Below are positions 30,076 to 40,294 of a stretch of 64,000 bases of DNA, piece by piece. The stretch spans positions 5,575 to 69,574 of the forward strand of contig JAUZOQ010000001.1 in assembly GCA_030706385.1 (NCBI GenBank), written 5' to 3'. The notes below the pieces were generated by a model. That model worked only from the letters and a program-made list of their open reading frames with translations, was not told the origin of the DNA and made no database searches. Source of the stretch: Bacteroidota bacterium (GTDB lineage: Bacteria > Bacteroidota > Ignavibacteria > Palsa-1295). Each line of letters begins with the position of its first letter. Positions within the stretch are counted from its first letter, which is position 1. Both the position numbers and the translations under genes were made by a program.

Positions 30076-31539
30076 ATGTCACTGCAAATCTATAATACGC
30101 TCACTCGAAGCAAGGAAGAATTCGTCCCTCTCGTCCCGGAACGGGTCGGAATGTATGTCTGTGGAATGACGGTCTATTCCGACGCTCACATTGGCAGCGG
30201 CAAGAGTTATGTCTCTTTTGACATCGTTCGTAGATATCTCCAATTCCTTGGGTACCATGTAACCTTCGTTCAGAATGTCACGGATGTCGGACACATGACG
30301 GATAATGACGAAGATCAGGGTGTCGATAAACTGGTTAAGAAAGGTGCAGAGATCAAACAGCACCCAATGCAAATTGCTGAAACATTCACCAGACGCACCT
30401 CCGAAGATCTTGCGAGACTGAATATCTTGCCTCCCGATATCATGCCTCGGGCTACCGGCCACATAATCGAGCAGATCGAGATCATAAAAGATTTGATTGC
30501 CAAAGGTTATGCCTATGAGATCAATGGCAGCGTCTACTTCGATGTTACCAAAGATAAGGAGTACGGTAAACTTTCAGGCAGAAACACTGAGGATCAGGAA
30601 ACCTCCGGGAGGGTTGAATCACGTAGCGAAAAGCGCAACCCGCAAGATTTCGCCCTCTGGAAGAAAGCCGAAAAAGGCCATATCCTTCGCTGGCCTTCAC
30701 CATGGGGAGAGGGCTTCCCCGGCTGGCACATTGAGTGCTCGGCCATGAGCATGAAGTATCTTGGCGAAACCTTCGATATCCATGGCGGCGGTCTGGAGAA
30801 TCAATTTCCGCATCATGAATGCGAGATAGCGCAAAGCGAATGCTCTACCGGCAAACCATTTGTCAGGTACTGGATGCACAATAATATGGTGACCGTGGAC
30901 GGTCAGAAGATGGGTAAGTCGCTTGGCAACTCCAGTTATTTGCGCGATATTTTTATGGAGTTCGATCCGATGACCGTGCGGTACTATCTTCTGCAATCGC
31001 ACTACCGTTCAACCACAGAATATAAGAAGGATGCCATTGCCGCCGCAGGAGTCGGATATGCCAAGTTGCTTTCGACATTCCGCCGGCTCGCAGAAAGCCT
31101 TCCGAACCAGGAATTCGTGCATCTTACCCAGCAAGAACTTGTACATCCTCTTGTACGCCAATTCCTTCAGGAGATGGACGACGATTTCAATACTCCGAAA
31201 GCTATAGCAGTACTCTATGACTTGGCTAAGGAAACTAACGCTTTGCTCACAGGTCCAAGCCCTGAGAGTTCGAAGCTGGCTGAATTTTATCATATCTGGA
31301 TGGCTCTTGCAGGAAACATCCTTGGCATCCTGCCTCAGTCAGGCAACCAGTTGGATTCGGCAGATTCGAAAAGCATGGAAGATGTCGTCGCTTCTCTCAT
31401 GACTCAGATCATCTCCTGGCGCAAGTCTGCACGGGAACGCAAGGATTTTGCCCTCAGTGATGCTATTCGGGATGATCTCACTGCTGCGGGCATCGTTCTG
31501 GAAGACTCGAAGGAAGGGACAAAATGGAGCTTACGGTGA
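30076..31539 (+). CDS. cysS: cysteine--tRNA ligase
   Basis: Class I aaRS motifs: HIGH-type ([12 protein letters not shown]) and KMGKSLGN (KMSKS), a zinc/cysteine-binding Cys (MYVCGMTVY), the WHIECS motif, 487 aa. Confidence 0.95.
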   Translation: MSLQIYNTLTRSKEEFVPLVPERVGMYVCGMTVYSDAHIGSGKSYVSFDIVRRYLQFLGYHVTFVQNVTDVGHMTDNDEDQGVDKLVKKGAEIKQHPMQIAETFTRRTSEDLARLNILPPDIMPRATGHIIEQIEIIKDLIAKGYAYEINGSVYFDVTKDKEYGKLSGRNTEDQETSGRVESRSEKRNPQDFALWKKAEKGHILRWPSPWGEGFPGWHIECSAMSMKYLGETFDIHGGGLENQFPHHECEIAQSECSTGKPFVRYWMHNNMVTVDGQKMGKSLGNSSYLRDIFMEFDPMTVRYYLLQSHYRSTTEYKKDAIAAAGVGYAKLLSTFRRLAESLPNQEFVHLTQQELVHPLVRQFLQEMDDDFNTPKAIAVLYDLAKETNALLTGPSPESSKLAEFYHIWMALAGNILGILPQSGNQLDSADSKSMEDVVASLMTQIISWRKSARERKDFALSDAIRDDLTAAGIVLEDSKEGTKWSLR

Positions 31540-31662
31540 GTCATATAGCTGCCAATTTGTCAGATTTTTGAAACTTTTCCCTTCCGATTCGTATTTACAG
31601 TAGCCGTTTTTGAAGGTATATTCATCATTTAATTTTTTCACATTCAGAGAGGAATCTTACTC

Positions 31663-32193
31663 ATGGTTTCAATAAAGAAACTTTCCATAGTTGCCCTTGC
31701 CGTTATCGGCATGTTATCGCTTGCTTCCGTGAACTCGTTTGCTCAGAAAATGGGCATTGTTGACGGGCAGAAAGTGCTTGATAGCTATAGCGAGTATCAG
31801 ACTGCTTCGAACAAGCTCAATGGCATTATCAAATCTTGGCAGGATACTTTGTCGATGATGAACAAGGCACTTCAGGATAAATTTGACAGCTACCAGAAGA
31901 TCCTCGAGACAATGTCGAAGGAAGCTAAAGAAAAGGCAGATAACGAGTTGAAGAAAATGCAGTCCGATATCCAGAATTACAACGTTCAGAAATCGGATCA
32001 ACAGAATGGCGAGATCGTTAAGGTCCGCAAGGATATCATGGAGCCCATCGTCAAGAACGTCAAAGACGCCATCAATGCCGTCGCGAAAAAGAAGAAACTT
32101 GATATCGTACTTGATAAGACGCAAGTCGCTTATGTGAATGAGAGTGGAGTCACCGATATCACCAACGATGTCGAAAGCGCGCTGAAAAAATAA
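31663..32193 (+). CDS. OmpH/Skp-family periplasmic chaperone
   Basis: Signal peptide, ~170 aa, coiled-coil-rich K/E/Q sequence typical of Skp. It sits upstream of lpxD, as in many Gram-negatives. Confidence 0.75.
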   Translation: MVSIKKLSIVALAVIGMLSLASVNSFAQKMGIVDGQKVLDSYSEYQTASNKLNGIIKSWQDTLSMMNKALQDKFDSYQKILETMSKEAKEKADNELKKMQSDIQNYNVQKSDQQNGEIVKVRKDIMEPIVKNVKDAINAVAKKKKLDIVLDKTQVAYVNESGVTDITNDVESALKK

Positions 32194-32242
32194 TCGGTGC
32201 AGTTCTTCGCCCCCATACATTTTCGGGGCACAATTTATAGGC

Positions 32243-32281
32243 GCGTTTGCTTTATTAATGAAGCAAACGCGTTTTTGTTTT
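32243..32281 (+). terminator. rho-independent terminator after first skp paralogue
   Basis: GCGTTTGCTTtattaatgAAGCAAACGC (10-bp perfect stem) followed by gtttttgtttt. Confidence 0.65.
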
Positions 32282-32431
32282 CCGGCACGACCACTGGCTG
32301 TGGCCCAAGTTCGACTAATTGAACTACTCGCAGTATCTTATCGCCAATAATCGATTGACCGGAAGTGGATGGCATTTTACGGAATTGCCCGGACCGCCTA
32401 TGTGTCGTATGTATATAGATATGGAATAGAT

Positions 32432-33109
32432 ATGAAAAGAGTTTTCTTACTGTGCTTCATCGTAATCCTCTACGTAGGAACGACTGCCTCCTATGCGCAG
32501 ATGCGCATCGCATATATCGACGCAACAAAGATCTTGAAACGGATGCCCGAAGCCGTCGACGCTGAATCCCGGCTTGATCAACTCGTCAATCAGTGGAATA
32601 AGGATATCGGCGATATGGAGGCCGATCTCAAACGAAAAAGAGATGACTATGACCGAAAGAGGCTGATCATGACCGATGCCGAGCGATCTGCTGTCGAAAT
32701 GGATGTTACCGACTTGAAGAAGCGGATCGATCAATTCAGGCAAGAAAAGTATGGAACAGGTGGAGAGCTTTATAAACAGCAGGCAGAACTTATGAAACCG
32801 GCTTATGACAAATTGAACAAAGCGCTGGAAGAGGTAGCAGTTGAGGGTAAATATGATTTTGTATTCGATAGGAGTTCGAATGATCATTCCATCCTTTATA
32901 CGAATGCAAAGTTCGACCTCTCGATTCCTGTTGCAAAAAAGTTGGGGTTGGAAACGAACGATATTTTTAATGTCCCGTTGCTCAATACTCCTCTGAACAA
33001 TAACAAGTCGAATCCAAACCAACAGCAGACACCTCCGCCGAAGGTGCAACAAGGTCAGCCCATCCCTCCAGGTTCGGTACCGGGAAGCGAAGGCCCGATC
33101 AAACACTAA
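32432..33109 (+). CDS. OmpH/Skp-family periplasmic chaperone (second paralogue) with Pro/Gln-rich tail
   Basis: Start at ATG 32432 ([23 protein letters not shown]). Coiled-coil Skp-like body and a C-terminal low-complexity [22 protein letters not shown] tail. Lies immediately upstream of lpxD. Confidence 0.7.
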   Translation: MKRVFLLCFIVILYVGTTASYAQMRIAYIDATKILKRMPEAVDAESRLDQLVNQWNKDIGDMEADLKRKRDDYDRKRLIMTDAERSAVEMDVTDLKKRIDQFRQEKYGTGGELYKQQAELMKPAYDKLNKALEEVAVEGKYDFVFDRSSNDHSILYTNAKFDLSIPVAKKLGLETNDIFNVPLLNTPLNNNKSNPNQQQTPPPKVQQGQPIPPGSVPGSEGPIKH

Positions 33110-33122
33110 TCTCACTCCTGGA

Positions 33123-34121
33123 ATGACTATTCGCGAGCTTGCAGCATATTTAAATGCCACCTCCGTAGAGAATGCTTCGGACACAGAGGAAATTTCACAT
33201 GCAGCGACGATCTCAGAGGCAGGTCCGGGATCGGTTACTTTCATCGCGAATCCACTCTACGAAAAATTTATCCTTACGACGGATGCGACTGCTGTCATCG
33301 TCGCAACTTCCTTCGCGCTTCCAAGCGAAACAACAACGACCAAGAAGCTGCCAGCTCTTATCCGAACTGATGATCCCTACGGAGCTTTCTCCAAAACACT
33401 GGCTCTTTTTAATACCAGACCAAGTATTTTTCCACAGCCGATCCATCCGAGTGCTGTCGTAAGCGAAGATGCTCAGATCGCTTCCTCGGCTAAGATCGGA
33501 CCTCTGTGTTTTGTGGGAAGCGGCGTAACCATCGGAGAGGGATCGGTCATCCACCCGGGCTCAATTATATATGATGGTACAGTCATCGGAAATAATGTTG
33601 TCATAGGCGCCGGTTCAGTCATTGGATTCGATGGTTTCGGCTATGCTCCCGGTGCGGCGGGACAATTTCATAAAATTCCCCAGATCGGGAATGTCATAAT
33701 TGAAGATAACGTAGAAATTGGAGCTCTCTGTACTATAGATAGAGCGACGGTAAGCCATACCATCATTCGCCGTGGTGCCAAGCTTGACAATCTTATCCAC
33801 ATTGCTCATAATGTAGAGATCGGAGAAAATACGATGATTGCCGCGCAAACTGGAATTTCAGGTTCGGCGCGGATTGGTAAAAGGAATCAGATCGCAGGGC
33901 AGGTTGGTTTAATTGGTCACATAGATACGGCTGACGATGTAATTATTATTGCTCAATCAGGCGTCTCCAAATCGATCACGAAAGCAGGCACTTACTTCGG
34001 AGCTCCGGCAAAAGAATTCCGAACTGCACTCAGGCAGGAAGGCGCCTTGCGCCAACTGCCGGAACTCATTGAACGCGTAAAAGAATTAGAAGAACAACTG
34101 CGAAAGCTTGGTACTAATTGA
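33123..34121 (+). CDS. lpxD: UDP-3-O-(3-hydroxyacyl)glucosamine N-acyltransferase
   Basis: N-terminal LpxD domain followed by left-handed beta-helix hexapeptide repeats (IGxxVxIGxGxVI...) and a C-terminal helix, 332 aa. Confidence 0.9.
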   Translation: MTIRELAAYLNATSVENASDTEEISHAATISEAGPGSVTFIANPLYEKFILTTDATAVIVATSFALPSETTTTKKLPALIRTDDPYGAFSKTLALFNTRPSIFPQPIHPSAVVSEDAQIASSAKIGPLCFVGSGVTIGEGSVIHPGSIIYDGTVIGNNVVIGAGSVIGFDGFGYAPGAAGQFHKIPQIGNVIIEDNVEIGALCTIDRATVSHTIIRRGAKLDNLIHIAHNVEIGENTMIAAQTGISGSARIGKRNQIAGQVGLIGHIDTADDVIIIAQSGVSKSITKAGTYFGAPAKEFRTALRQEGALRQLPELIERVKELEEQLRKLGTN

Positions 34122-34165
34122 TCTAACTATTTCAGTAAACTACTTTCCGCCAAAGAACACTTGAT

Positions 34166-34969
34166 ATGCCATCAGCAACGACTTTCGAGTATCAGACGCT
34201 AAAATATTCTATCGATTCCTCCGTGGCGACGATCAGTATAGATCGTCCTGAGAAGTTGAATGCATTAAGCTCCGCTGTCCTTGATGATCTCAGGCATTTA
34301 GTAACCGATCTTCGCGTGCGCGAAGATGTTCGTGTTGTTGTGATAACCGGTTCAGGAGAAAAGGCATTTGTTGCTGGCGCAGATATTGCCGAACTTGCTG
34401 CCCTTAATGATAGTGAAGAAGGTAGAGAGTTCGCTCAAAACGGCCAGGCCGTCTTCAGTCTTATTGAATCATCGCCAAAACCCTTCATTGCTGCAGTCAA
34501 CGGATTCGCGCTTGGAGGCGGTTGCGAATTGGCGTTAGCATGTCATATCAGGATCTGTTCCGAGAATGCAAAGTTCGGTCAGCCTGAGGTGAATCTCGGG
34601 ATCATCCCCGGTTATGGCGGCACGCAACGGCTCACGCGTGTGCTTGGGCGAACCTTGGCTACCGATCTTATTCTAACAGGCCGTCAGATGGATTCCCGGG
34701 AGGCGCTCGAGCAGGGACTGGTTGCACGGGTTGTCCCTCAGTCTGAATTGTTGGCACTTGCCAAAACCATGGCGGTAACGATTGCTTCAAAAGCTCCGAT
34801 GGCTATCAGCTCAGCTTTGGAATGTATTGTCGAAGGAATAGATGAATCTATTGAAGAAGGTTTGGGTCGAGAAGCCGAACGCTTCGGCCAACTTACAACC
34901 TCTTCCGACTTTCACGAAGGTACTTCTGCGTTTCTCCAAAAACGAAAACCGGATTTTCAAGGCAAGTAA
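34166..34969 (+). CDS. enoyl-CoA hydratase/isomerase (crotonase) family protein
   Basis: Crotonase signatures VITGSGEKAFVAGADI and AAVNGFALGGGCELALACHIRI, 267 aa. Confidence 0.85.
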   Translation: MPSATTFEYQTLKYSIDSSVATISIDRPEKLNALSSAVLDDLRHLVTDLRVREDVRVVVITGSGEKAFVAGADIAELAALNDSEEGREFAQNGQAVFSLIESSPKPFIAAVNGFALGGGCELALACHIRICSENAKFGQPEVNLGIIPGYGGTQRLTRVLGRTLATDLILTGRQMDSREALEQGLVARVVPQSELLALAKTMAVTIASKAPMAISSALECIVEGIDESIEEGLGREAERFGQLTTSSDFHEGTSAFLQKRKPDFQGK

Positions 34970-35008
34970 TCGCCGGTCGATTTTTTTGAGTACAGCTATT
35001 TTCTACTT

Positions 35009-36139
35009 ATGACTCCGACGGAACTCGAGGCATATTATGCAATCTATCTTTCAGATAATATCGGATCGCAGCGATTATTAGGATTGCGCGATTATTTTGG
35101 GAATGCAGAAATTGCTCTATCGGCAACTGCATCACAACTACATAAGGCTCCAGGTTTTGGAAAAGTTGTCACCGCTGATTTTCTCGCGTCCAGATCCAAA
35201 GCGCTCCTAACAGCAAGAAAACATCTTAGTAATCTTCCTGAGAATGTGCATGTCGTCACCTATTACGACGCTGAATATCCCGATCACCTCAAGTCCATCT
35301 TCCAACCTCCGGCTTTGCTCTTTGTTTGCGGAAATGTTGACCTGCTCGAAGCGGAGCGGAATCTTGCCATCATCGGCTCACGGAAGATGACCGATTATGG
35401 CAAACGCGTTACCAAAGAGCTCTGCAGCGAATTTGCAAAACATGATGTGGTAATCACCAGCGGTTTTGCAAGCGGAATCGATACGTGTGCTCATGAGTCT
35501 ATCTTCGATGCAGGTGGCAAGACTGTTGCTGTACTTGGCTCCGGAATTGATGTGATCTACCCAACAGGAAATAAAGCTCTTGCCAAACGACTTGTTAATT
35601 CCGGCCGGGCCGCAATCGTAAGTGAACTTCCTATAGGTACTCCGCCGGAGGCGAAGAATTTTCCGTGGCGCAATCGTATTGTAAGCGGGCTCTCCAAGGC
35701 CAGCGTAATAATTGAGAGCGAAGAGAAAGGTGGATCTATGATAACGGCCAGTCTGGCACTAGATCAAGGACGGGATATTTTTGCCCTTCCCGGTGATATT
35801 CCGCGCCCCATGAGCCGGGGTCCGAATCAGCTAATCTTCGAAAGCCGAGCAAGACTATTCCGGAATGCAACGGATATACTCGAAGTGCTCAATTGGGTTG
35901 AGAAACCGGAAGTCAATCTGAAAAGTCTAAAGCGCCAAGCATCGCATAGACCGGAGTTAAGTGTTGCCGAGAAGAAGATCGTAGGAATACTCGACCAATC
36001 CGGGGGTGCCCTACATATTGATGAGTTAGCCGAACGCTCTGAGATGAATGTTCAGGATCTTCTCGTTCGCCTCCTCGAGTTAGAGCTCAAAGACATCGTC
36101 CGTCAGATGGCCGGAAAGAACTTTTCCACGATTTTCTAG
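35009..36139 (+). CDS. dprA: DNA processing protein DprA (Smf)
   Basis: Rossmann-like DprA core (IIGSRKMTDYGK...SGFASGIDTCAHE...VAVLGSGIDVIYP...ALPGDI), a helical N-terminal domain, and a C-terminal winged-helix-like extension. Confidence 0.85.
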   Translation: MTPTELEAYYAIYLSDNIGSQRLLGLRDYFGNAEIALSATASQLHKAPGFGKVVTADFLASRSKALLTARKHLSNLPENVHVVTYYDAEYPDHLKSIFQPPALLFVCGNVDLLEAERNLAIIGSRKMTDYGKRVTKELCSEFAKHDVVITSGFASGIDTCAHESIFDAGGKTVAVLGSGIDVIYPTGNKALAKRLVNSGRAAIVSELPIGTPPEAKNFPWRNRIVSGLSKASVIIESEEKGGSMITASLALDQGRDIFALPGDIPRPMSRGPNQLIFESRARLFRNATDILEVLNWVEKPEVNLKSLKRQASHRPELSVAEKKIVGILDQSGGALHIDELAERSEMNVQDLLVRLLELELKDIVRQMAGKNFSTIF

Positions 36140-36400
36140 AATTATTTGAAAATAGTTTGTAACCTTTTGCAACCTCAGTTGTCTTTTAAAGGTGGGGGTG
36201 CAGTTTTTTTAGTATTTTAGTGGCTCAAAGTTTGGCACCAGGGACAGATTTTGCTGAATTCGTGTCATTTTCGCCATATTTGAACTAACGGGATGTATTT
36301 TCGCTCTTTAGGGAGGTCTAAAGATCGAGGTATGAGTTCGTGTTTTTTCTATGAAATCATTGCATTCTTTCTTGTTATTAAACTTAAATCAACCAATACG

Positions 36401-39400
36401 ATGAAAAATCGGATACTCTCTTTCGCATTTCTTGCGCTTGTGGGTTTGATGCTCTTCGGGGCAAAGGATTCATATGCGCAGGGTAACCGCCGCGGTGAGC
36501 CGAACGTCCTATCTACTGGCTATTATGTCGTAGATTCGGATGATAATGCTCCTTTGCCATGGCGCCCCAACTATTTCTTTATTGATACGCAATTCCAGAC
36601 CTTCAGCTGGTATCGTATCAAGAGTGGAGCACGCCAGTTCTTCCCAGGCGATAGGCCGTTCCACTTCTTCTATCGTCCTGACCAGATCACGACTCCGGCT
36701 ACGATGGATACGACCGACAATTGCTTAGCAGGTCCTATCCCGATCGGATTCACATTCAACTTCTATTCGGATAACTGTGACAGCTTGTTCATTTCTTCGA
36801 ACGGCTACATTGGTTTCGCTCCGCGCGCTAATGCACTGATGTATTGCAGTAATGCGAACCCCGATCTGAAAAATAATATCGGTGGAAGTTCGATTTATTC
36901 TGCGATCTGCGCATTATTTGCTGATAATGATTTCAGAGCTAGCGGCGATACTTCGAAAGTATACATCCGTACGAGCCCCAGTCAGGATTCTTTCTTTGTA
37001 AATTATTATAACCTTCGTATCCGTCCTTCCTCTCCGAACGGAGTTGAAAGCGGAACAGGTCGTGATAACTTATTTATTAAGAAATTGCAGATCGTTTTTA
37101 CACGCCAAGACTCGAGCATCCAGATCAACTATGGTCCATTCTCCGGAACGATCCTTGGATTCCCGCCGGTCCCGGCTTATCGTGTATTCCAACGTAACTC
37201 TACGATCGGCGTCATCAATACGGCAAGGACAGAAGCAACTTCCGTTAACTACGGAACGCATACCGGTAAGGGGCGTTGGGATGCTGTCAACATTACTTGC
37301 CGCGCTTGTAACAAGGATTTCCGGCAGGCAGGGCAATGGGCTGTCAAATTCAAACGTTGGCACAATGTTGTTCGAGCGATCTCCGTGGATTTCCCGCCGA
37401 GAAACTATGAAGTCTGCTTGAGTACCAGTCTTTCTCCGAAAGCTACGTTCCAAAATGTTGATATCAACAACACGCAGAGCTTCAAGGTCAAATTCCAGAT
37501 CCGTAACGTCGTAACCGGTACTGCAGTATACGGACGTACGTTCTGCGTTCAGAATTTGGGACCCGGATTAAAGTACGCCACGGTCAATGGAGACTTCACG
37601 CCGTATTCAACCAATCCGAACATTCTTAACGAGCTCGGAACGTTCAATGCTTGCGCAGTCGCTACTACATATGATTGCAATGACAATTATATTGGAGACG
37701 TGTGGCCGTTCGACGATACAGTTTGTATCCAGATCTTTGGCATTCGTACTACTGCTCTTCCCTTTAATGATCCTTCGGATAACTACAGCTCAACGCAAAA
37801 GGGACCGATTCCGGATCAGACAAAGTGGGTTTCCATCGGCGCACAGGTTGCTGATGGTGATGCCGTTACCTTTGATCCTCCCCCGCCGAGATATGAAGAC
37901 GCATCTGGTGGTGTGGGACAAGATGGTATGAAAGATCCGGTTGTCCATATCGATCGTCAGGATATCGATGGTAATCCGTACGCAGGTACAAAAACGGGCG
38001 ATACTCTTGTATCTTTCCCATTCAATCTCCTCGGACAAACAAAGGCTTCTCTAGCTTTCAGCTATCAGAGAACGGGTAATTACCAGTTCCCATGGCTTTG
38101 GGATGCTCAGACCCTTGTCGGTCCGGAGAAAACAATGTTGTACGCCAACGGAAGCGTCGCACGTGCCGGTGACTCTCTTATTATCGAATTCAAGAGACCC
38201 ACTGCTCCTGCCTGTAACCCTTCTCCCAGCGATTGGCTCCAGGTTGGACAGATCGATGGCGGTAACGATTTCGAATTCCAGAAATTTGCAATTCGTCTCG
38301 ATAAGTTCACGACGCCGACATTCAATTATTTCTCGAACAATTTCCGCTTCCGCCTTCGCTTGAAAGCGAAAGATGACGGCGCATACCCGCCTGATGACGA
38401 CGCAGATGATTTCTACGTTGATAATCTTTCGTTGCAAGTTCCGCGTAAGCCCGAGATCGAAGTCATGTGGGTACGTGTAGTCACACCGTACACCCACATT
38501 CCGCCTTCGCAGGCTGTATCTCTTCCGGTCTATGTACATGTTGCCAATAATTCAACCGATGTGGCAGTTGCATTCCCGATCAGAGTACAGATTCTCGATC
38601 AAAATGGAAACACGCTCTACTGGGCTATCGAAACAGTCACGTCCTTACGTGGCGGCACAGATTCTACCATCTTAATGCCGAACTGGAATGCTCAGAATGC
38701 AACCACCGGTGGTCAGTTCATCGTACATGCCTTCCTTGCTTCGAGTTCATATGACTCGTATACCCAGGATAACGGCACATTCACAAAATTCTGGCTTGAT
38801 GTCGGCGCAGCCGGTGATCCTCCGGAATTTGCATTGGATGACGGTTCAAACGATTGGCCGGGCTTGGTCCAGGTCACCGGAGCAGGTATCGGATTTAACA
38901 ACAACTCGGGTAGCTTCGCAATGAAGTTCCGCTTGTCGGTTAAAGATACGCTTTATGGTGCACGTATATTCTTCTCAAATGGTAACCAATCACCGGATGC
39001 TCTCAGGATCTCCGTCCTAAAGGGAAGCCCGAATAGCGGTGTTCCGACTTGCGACACCGTTGGTGGTGGTATCTTAGAAGATGTTCGCAGAGGACAGCTT
39101 TTCAATCAATTCTGGCCTTATTACTTCCCGACACCGATCGTGCTTCCGGGTGGTAGCGGTTCAGGATCAGCTCAAGGCGTCTACTGGATATCGGTTGGTC
39201 AGCTTTCGCTGGACAATATGTTCATGGGTGCTGACATCTCCAAGGGTGGTGCGCGAATTGTTGTAACCGATCCGCTTACTCCGGTCTTCCAGCCGATGTA
39301 TAACGATAAGTACGGTACCAACTACGCGGCAAACAATAACTTCGGAGATGTATCAACATCTTACGCAATCGAGCGTACAGCTTCAAGCTGCGATTGGTCT

Positions 39401-40162
39401 TTCTGGATGCCTCCGAATGGCTTCTGGCCGGTCAATTGCGCGATCGCAGGCGGGTACAGACTCTTCTGGTGTACCAATCCTTGCAATCCTTGCGGCGATG
39501 GATTCTTTAAGCCATTCTATTGGAATGATGCCGGCGGTTACACGCCTATGATCCGTGCAATGGTTAGCACAAGCGGAATGTTGCCGGTTAACCTGCTCTA
39601 TCTCAACGGTAAAGCAGTCAACGGTGCCGCTCTCTTATCATGGGCAACTGCTCAGGAAAAGAATAACCAGGGCTTCTTCGTCGAGCGTCGCATTGCTAAC
39701 CAGCAGGACGGCTTCTTCGAGAAGATCGCATTCGTCGATGGTAAGATCAATTCCAACGTTCAGAACGGTTACGTTTACAATGACCGTAACGTGTCTCCGG
39801 GAACATATACCTATCGTTTGATCCAGATGGATCTCGATGGCGCTCAGCACATTTCCAATACGGTAAATGTGACAATCGGTTCTCCGGATGCATACGTACT
39901 CGAACAGAACTATCCGAATCCTTGCACGACAACGTCGATCAACTTCTCGTTGCCGATCGCAGGACCGACCAGACTCGTTGTTTACAACTCGCTTGGTCAG
40001 GCAGTTCGTACTCTTGTTGATGGAAACGTCGGCCAAGGTACGCACACTGTGAAGTTCGACGGAAAAGATGATGCAGGTAATGAACTCGCTTCCGGAAACT
40101 ATATCTATAGACTCCAGAGCGCAGACTTCACTGCAACACGTAAGATGACTCTTACAAAGTAA
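36401..40162 (+). CDS. giant (~1250 aa) secreted cysteine-rich protein with T9SS C-terminal sorting domain; function unknown
   Basis: Start at ATG 36401 (MKNRILSFAFLALVGLMLFGAKDSYAQ signal peptide), in frame with track ORF 36293..40162. No catalytic motif recognised. Many Cys pairs, Gly/Asn/Thr-rich beta-type sequence. C-terminal NYPNPCTTTSINFSLP...NYIYRLQSADF is Por_Secre_tail. Confidence 0.75.
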   Translation: MKNRILSFAFLALVGLMLFGAKDSYAQGNRRGEPNVLSTGYYVVDSDDNAPLPWRPNYFFIDTQFQTFSWYRIKSGARQFFPGDRPFHFFYRPDQITTPATMDTTDNCLAGPIPIGFTFNFYSDNCDSLFISSNGYIGFAPRANALMYCSNANPDLKNNIGGSSIYSAICALFADNDFRASGDTSKVYIRTSPSQDSFFVNYYNLRIRPSSPNGVESGTGRDNLFIKKLQIVFTRQDSSIQINYGPFSGTILGFPPVPAYRVFQRNSTIGVINTARTEATSVNYGTHTGKGRWDAVNITCRACNKDFRQAGQWAVKFKRWHNVVRAISVDFPPRNYEVCLSTSLSPKATFQNVDINNTQSFKVKFQIRNVVTGTAVYGRTFCVQNLGPGLKYATVNGDFTPYSTNPNILNELGTFNACAVATTYDCNDNYIGDVWPFDDTVCIQIFGIRTTALPFNDPSDNYSSTQKGPIPDQTKWVSIGAQVADGDAVTFDPPPPRYEDASGGVGQDGMKDPVVHIDRQDIDGNPYAGTKTGDTLVSFPFNLLGQTKASLAFSYQRTGNYQFPWLWDAQTLVGPEKTMLYANGSVARAGDSLIIEFKRPTAPACNPSPSDWLQVGQIDGGNDFEFQKFAIRLDKFTTPTFNYFSNNFRFRLRLKAKDDGAYPPDDDADDFYVDNLSLQVPRKPEIEVMWVRVVTPYTHIPPSQAVSLPVYVHVANNSTDVAVAFPIRVQILDQNGNTLYWAIETVTSLRGGTDSTILMPNWNAQNATTGGQFIVHAFLASSSYDSYTQDNGTFTKFWLDVGAAGDPPEFALDDGSNDWPGLVQVTGAGIGFNNNSGSFAMKFRLSVKDTLYGARIFFSNGNQSPDALRISVLKGSPNSGVPTCDTVGGGILEDVRRGQLFNQFWPYYFPTPIVLPGGSGSGSAQGVYWISVGQLSLDNMFMGADISKGGARIVVTDPLTPVFQPMYNDKYGTNYAANNNFGDVSTSYAIERTASSCDWSFWMPPNGFWPVNCAIAGGYRLFWCTNPCNPCGDGFFKPFYWNDAGGYTPMIRAMVSTSGMLPVNLLYLNGKAVNGAALLSWATAQEKNNQGFFVERRIANQQDGFFEKIAFVDGKINSNVQNGYVYNDRNVSPGTYTYRLIQMDLDGAQHISNTVNVTIGSPDAYVLEQNYPNPCTTTSINFSLPIAGPTRLVVYNSLGQAVRTLVDGNVGQGTHTVKFDGKDDAGNELASGNYIYRLQSADFTATRKMTLTK

Positions 40163-40183
40163 TCGTTAATTCGATTTCTTTTC

Positions 40184-40220
40184 GAACCCCTGTCTTGAGA
40201 AAGGCAGGGGTTCTTTTTTA
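40184..40220 (+). terminator. rho-independent terminator after giant T9SS cargo gene
   Basis: GAACCCCTGtcttgagaaaggCAGGGGTTC followed by tttttt. Confidence 0.7.
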
Positions 40221-40294
40221 AGATCAACTTAATGCGGCGCGTGAGTAACAACTTCGAGAGTTGTTCGTAACTTGCATTTTAATCGTGATCGTCT

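Noticed and set aside
31714-33244. 168-aa and 265-aa minus-strand ORFs overlapping the two skp genes and the lpxD start
   Set aside because: They lie antisense to well-supported Skp/LpxD frames, with no signal or domain features.
36540-39821. Numerous 60-160 aa ORFs on both strands inside the giant T9SS cargo gene
   Set aside because: They are contained within a single uninterrupted 3.76-kb frame that ends in a canonical T9SS domain, and they have no independent start signals.
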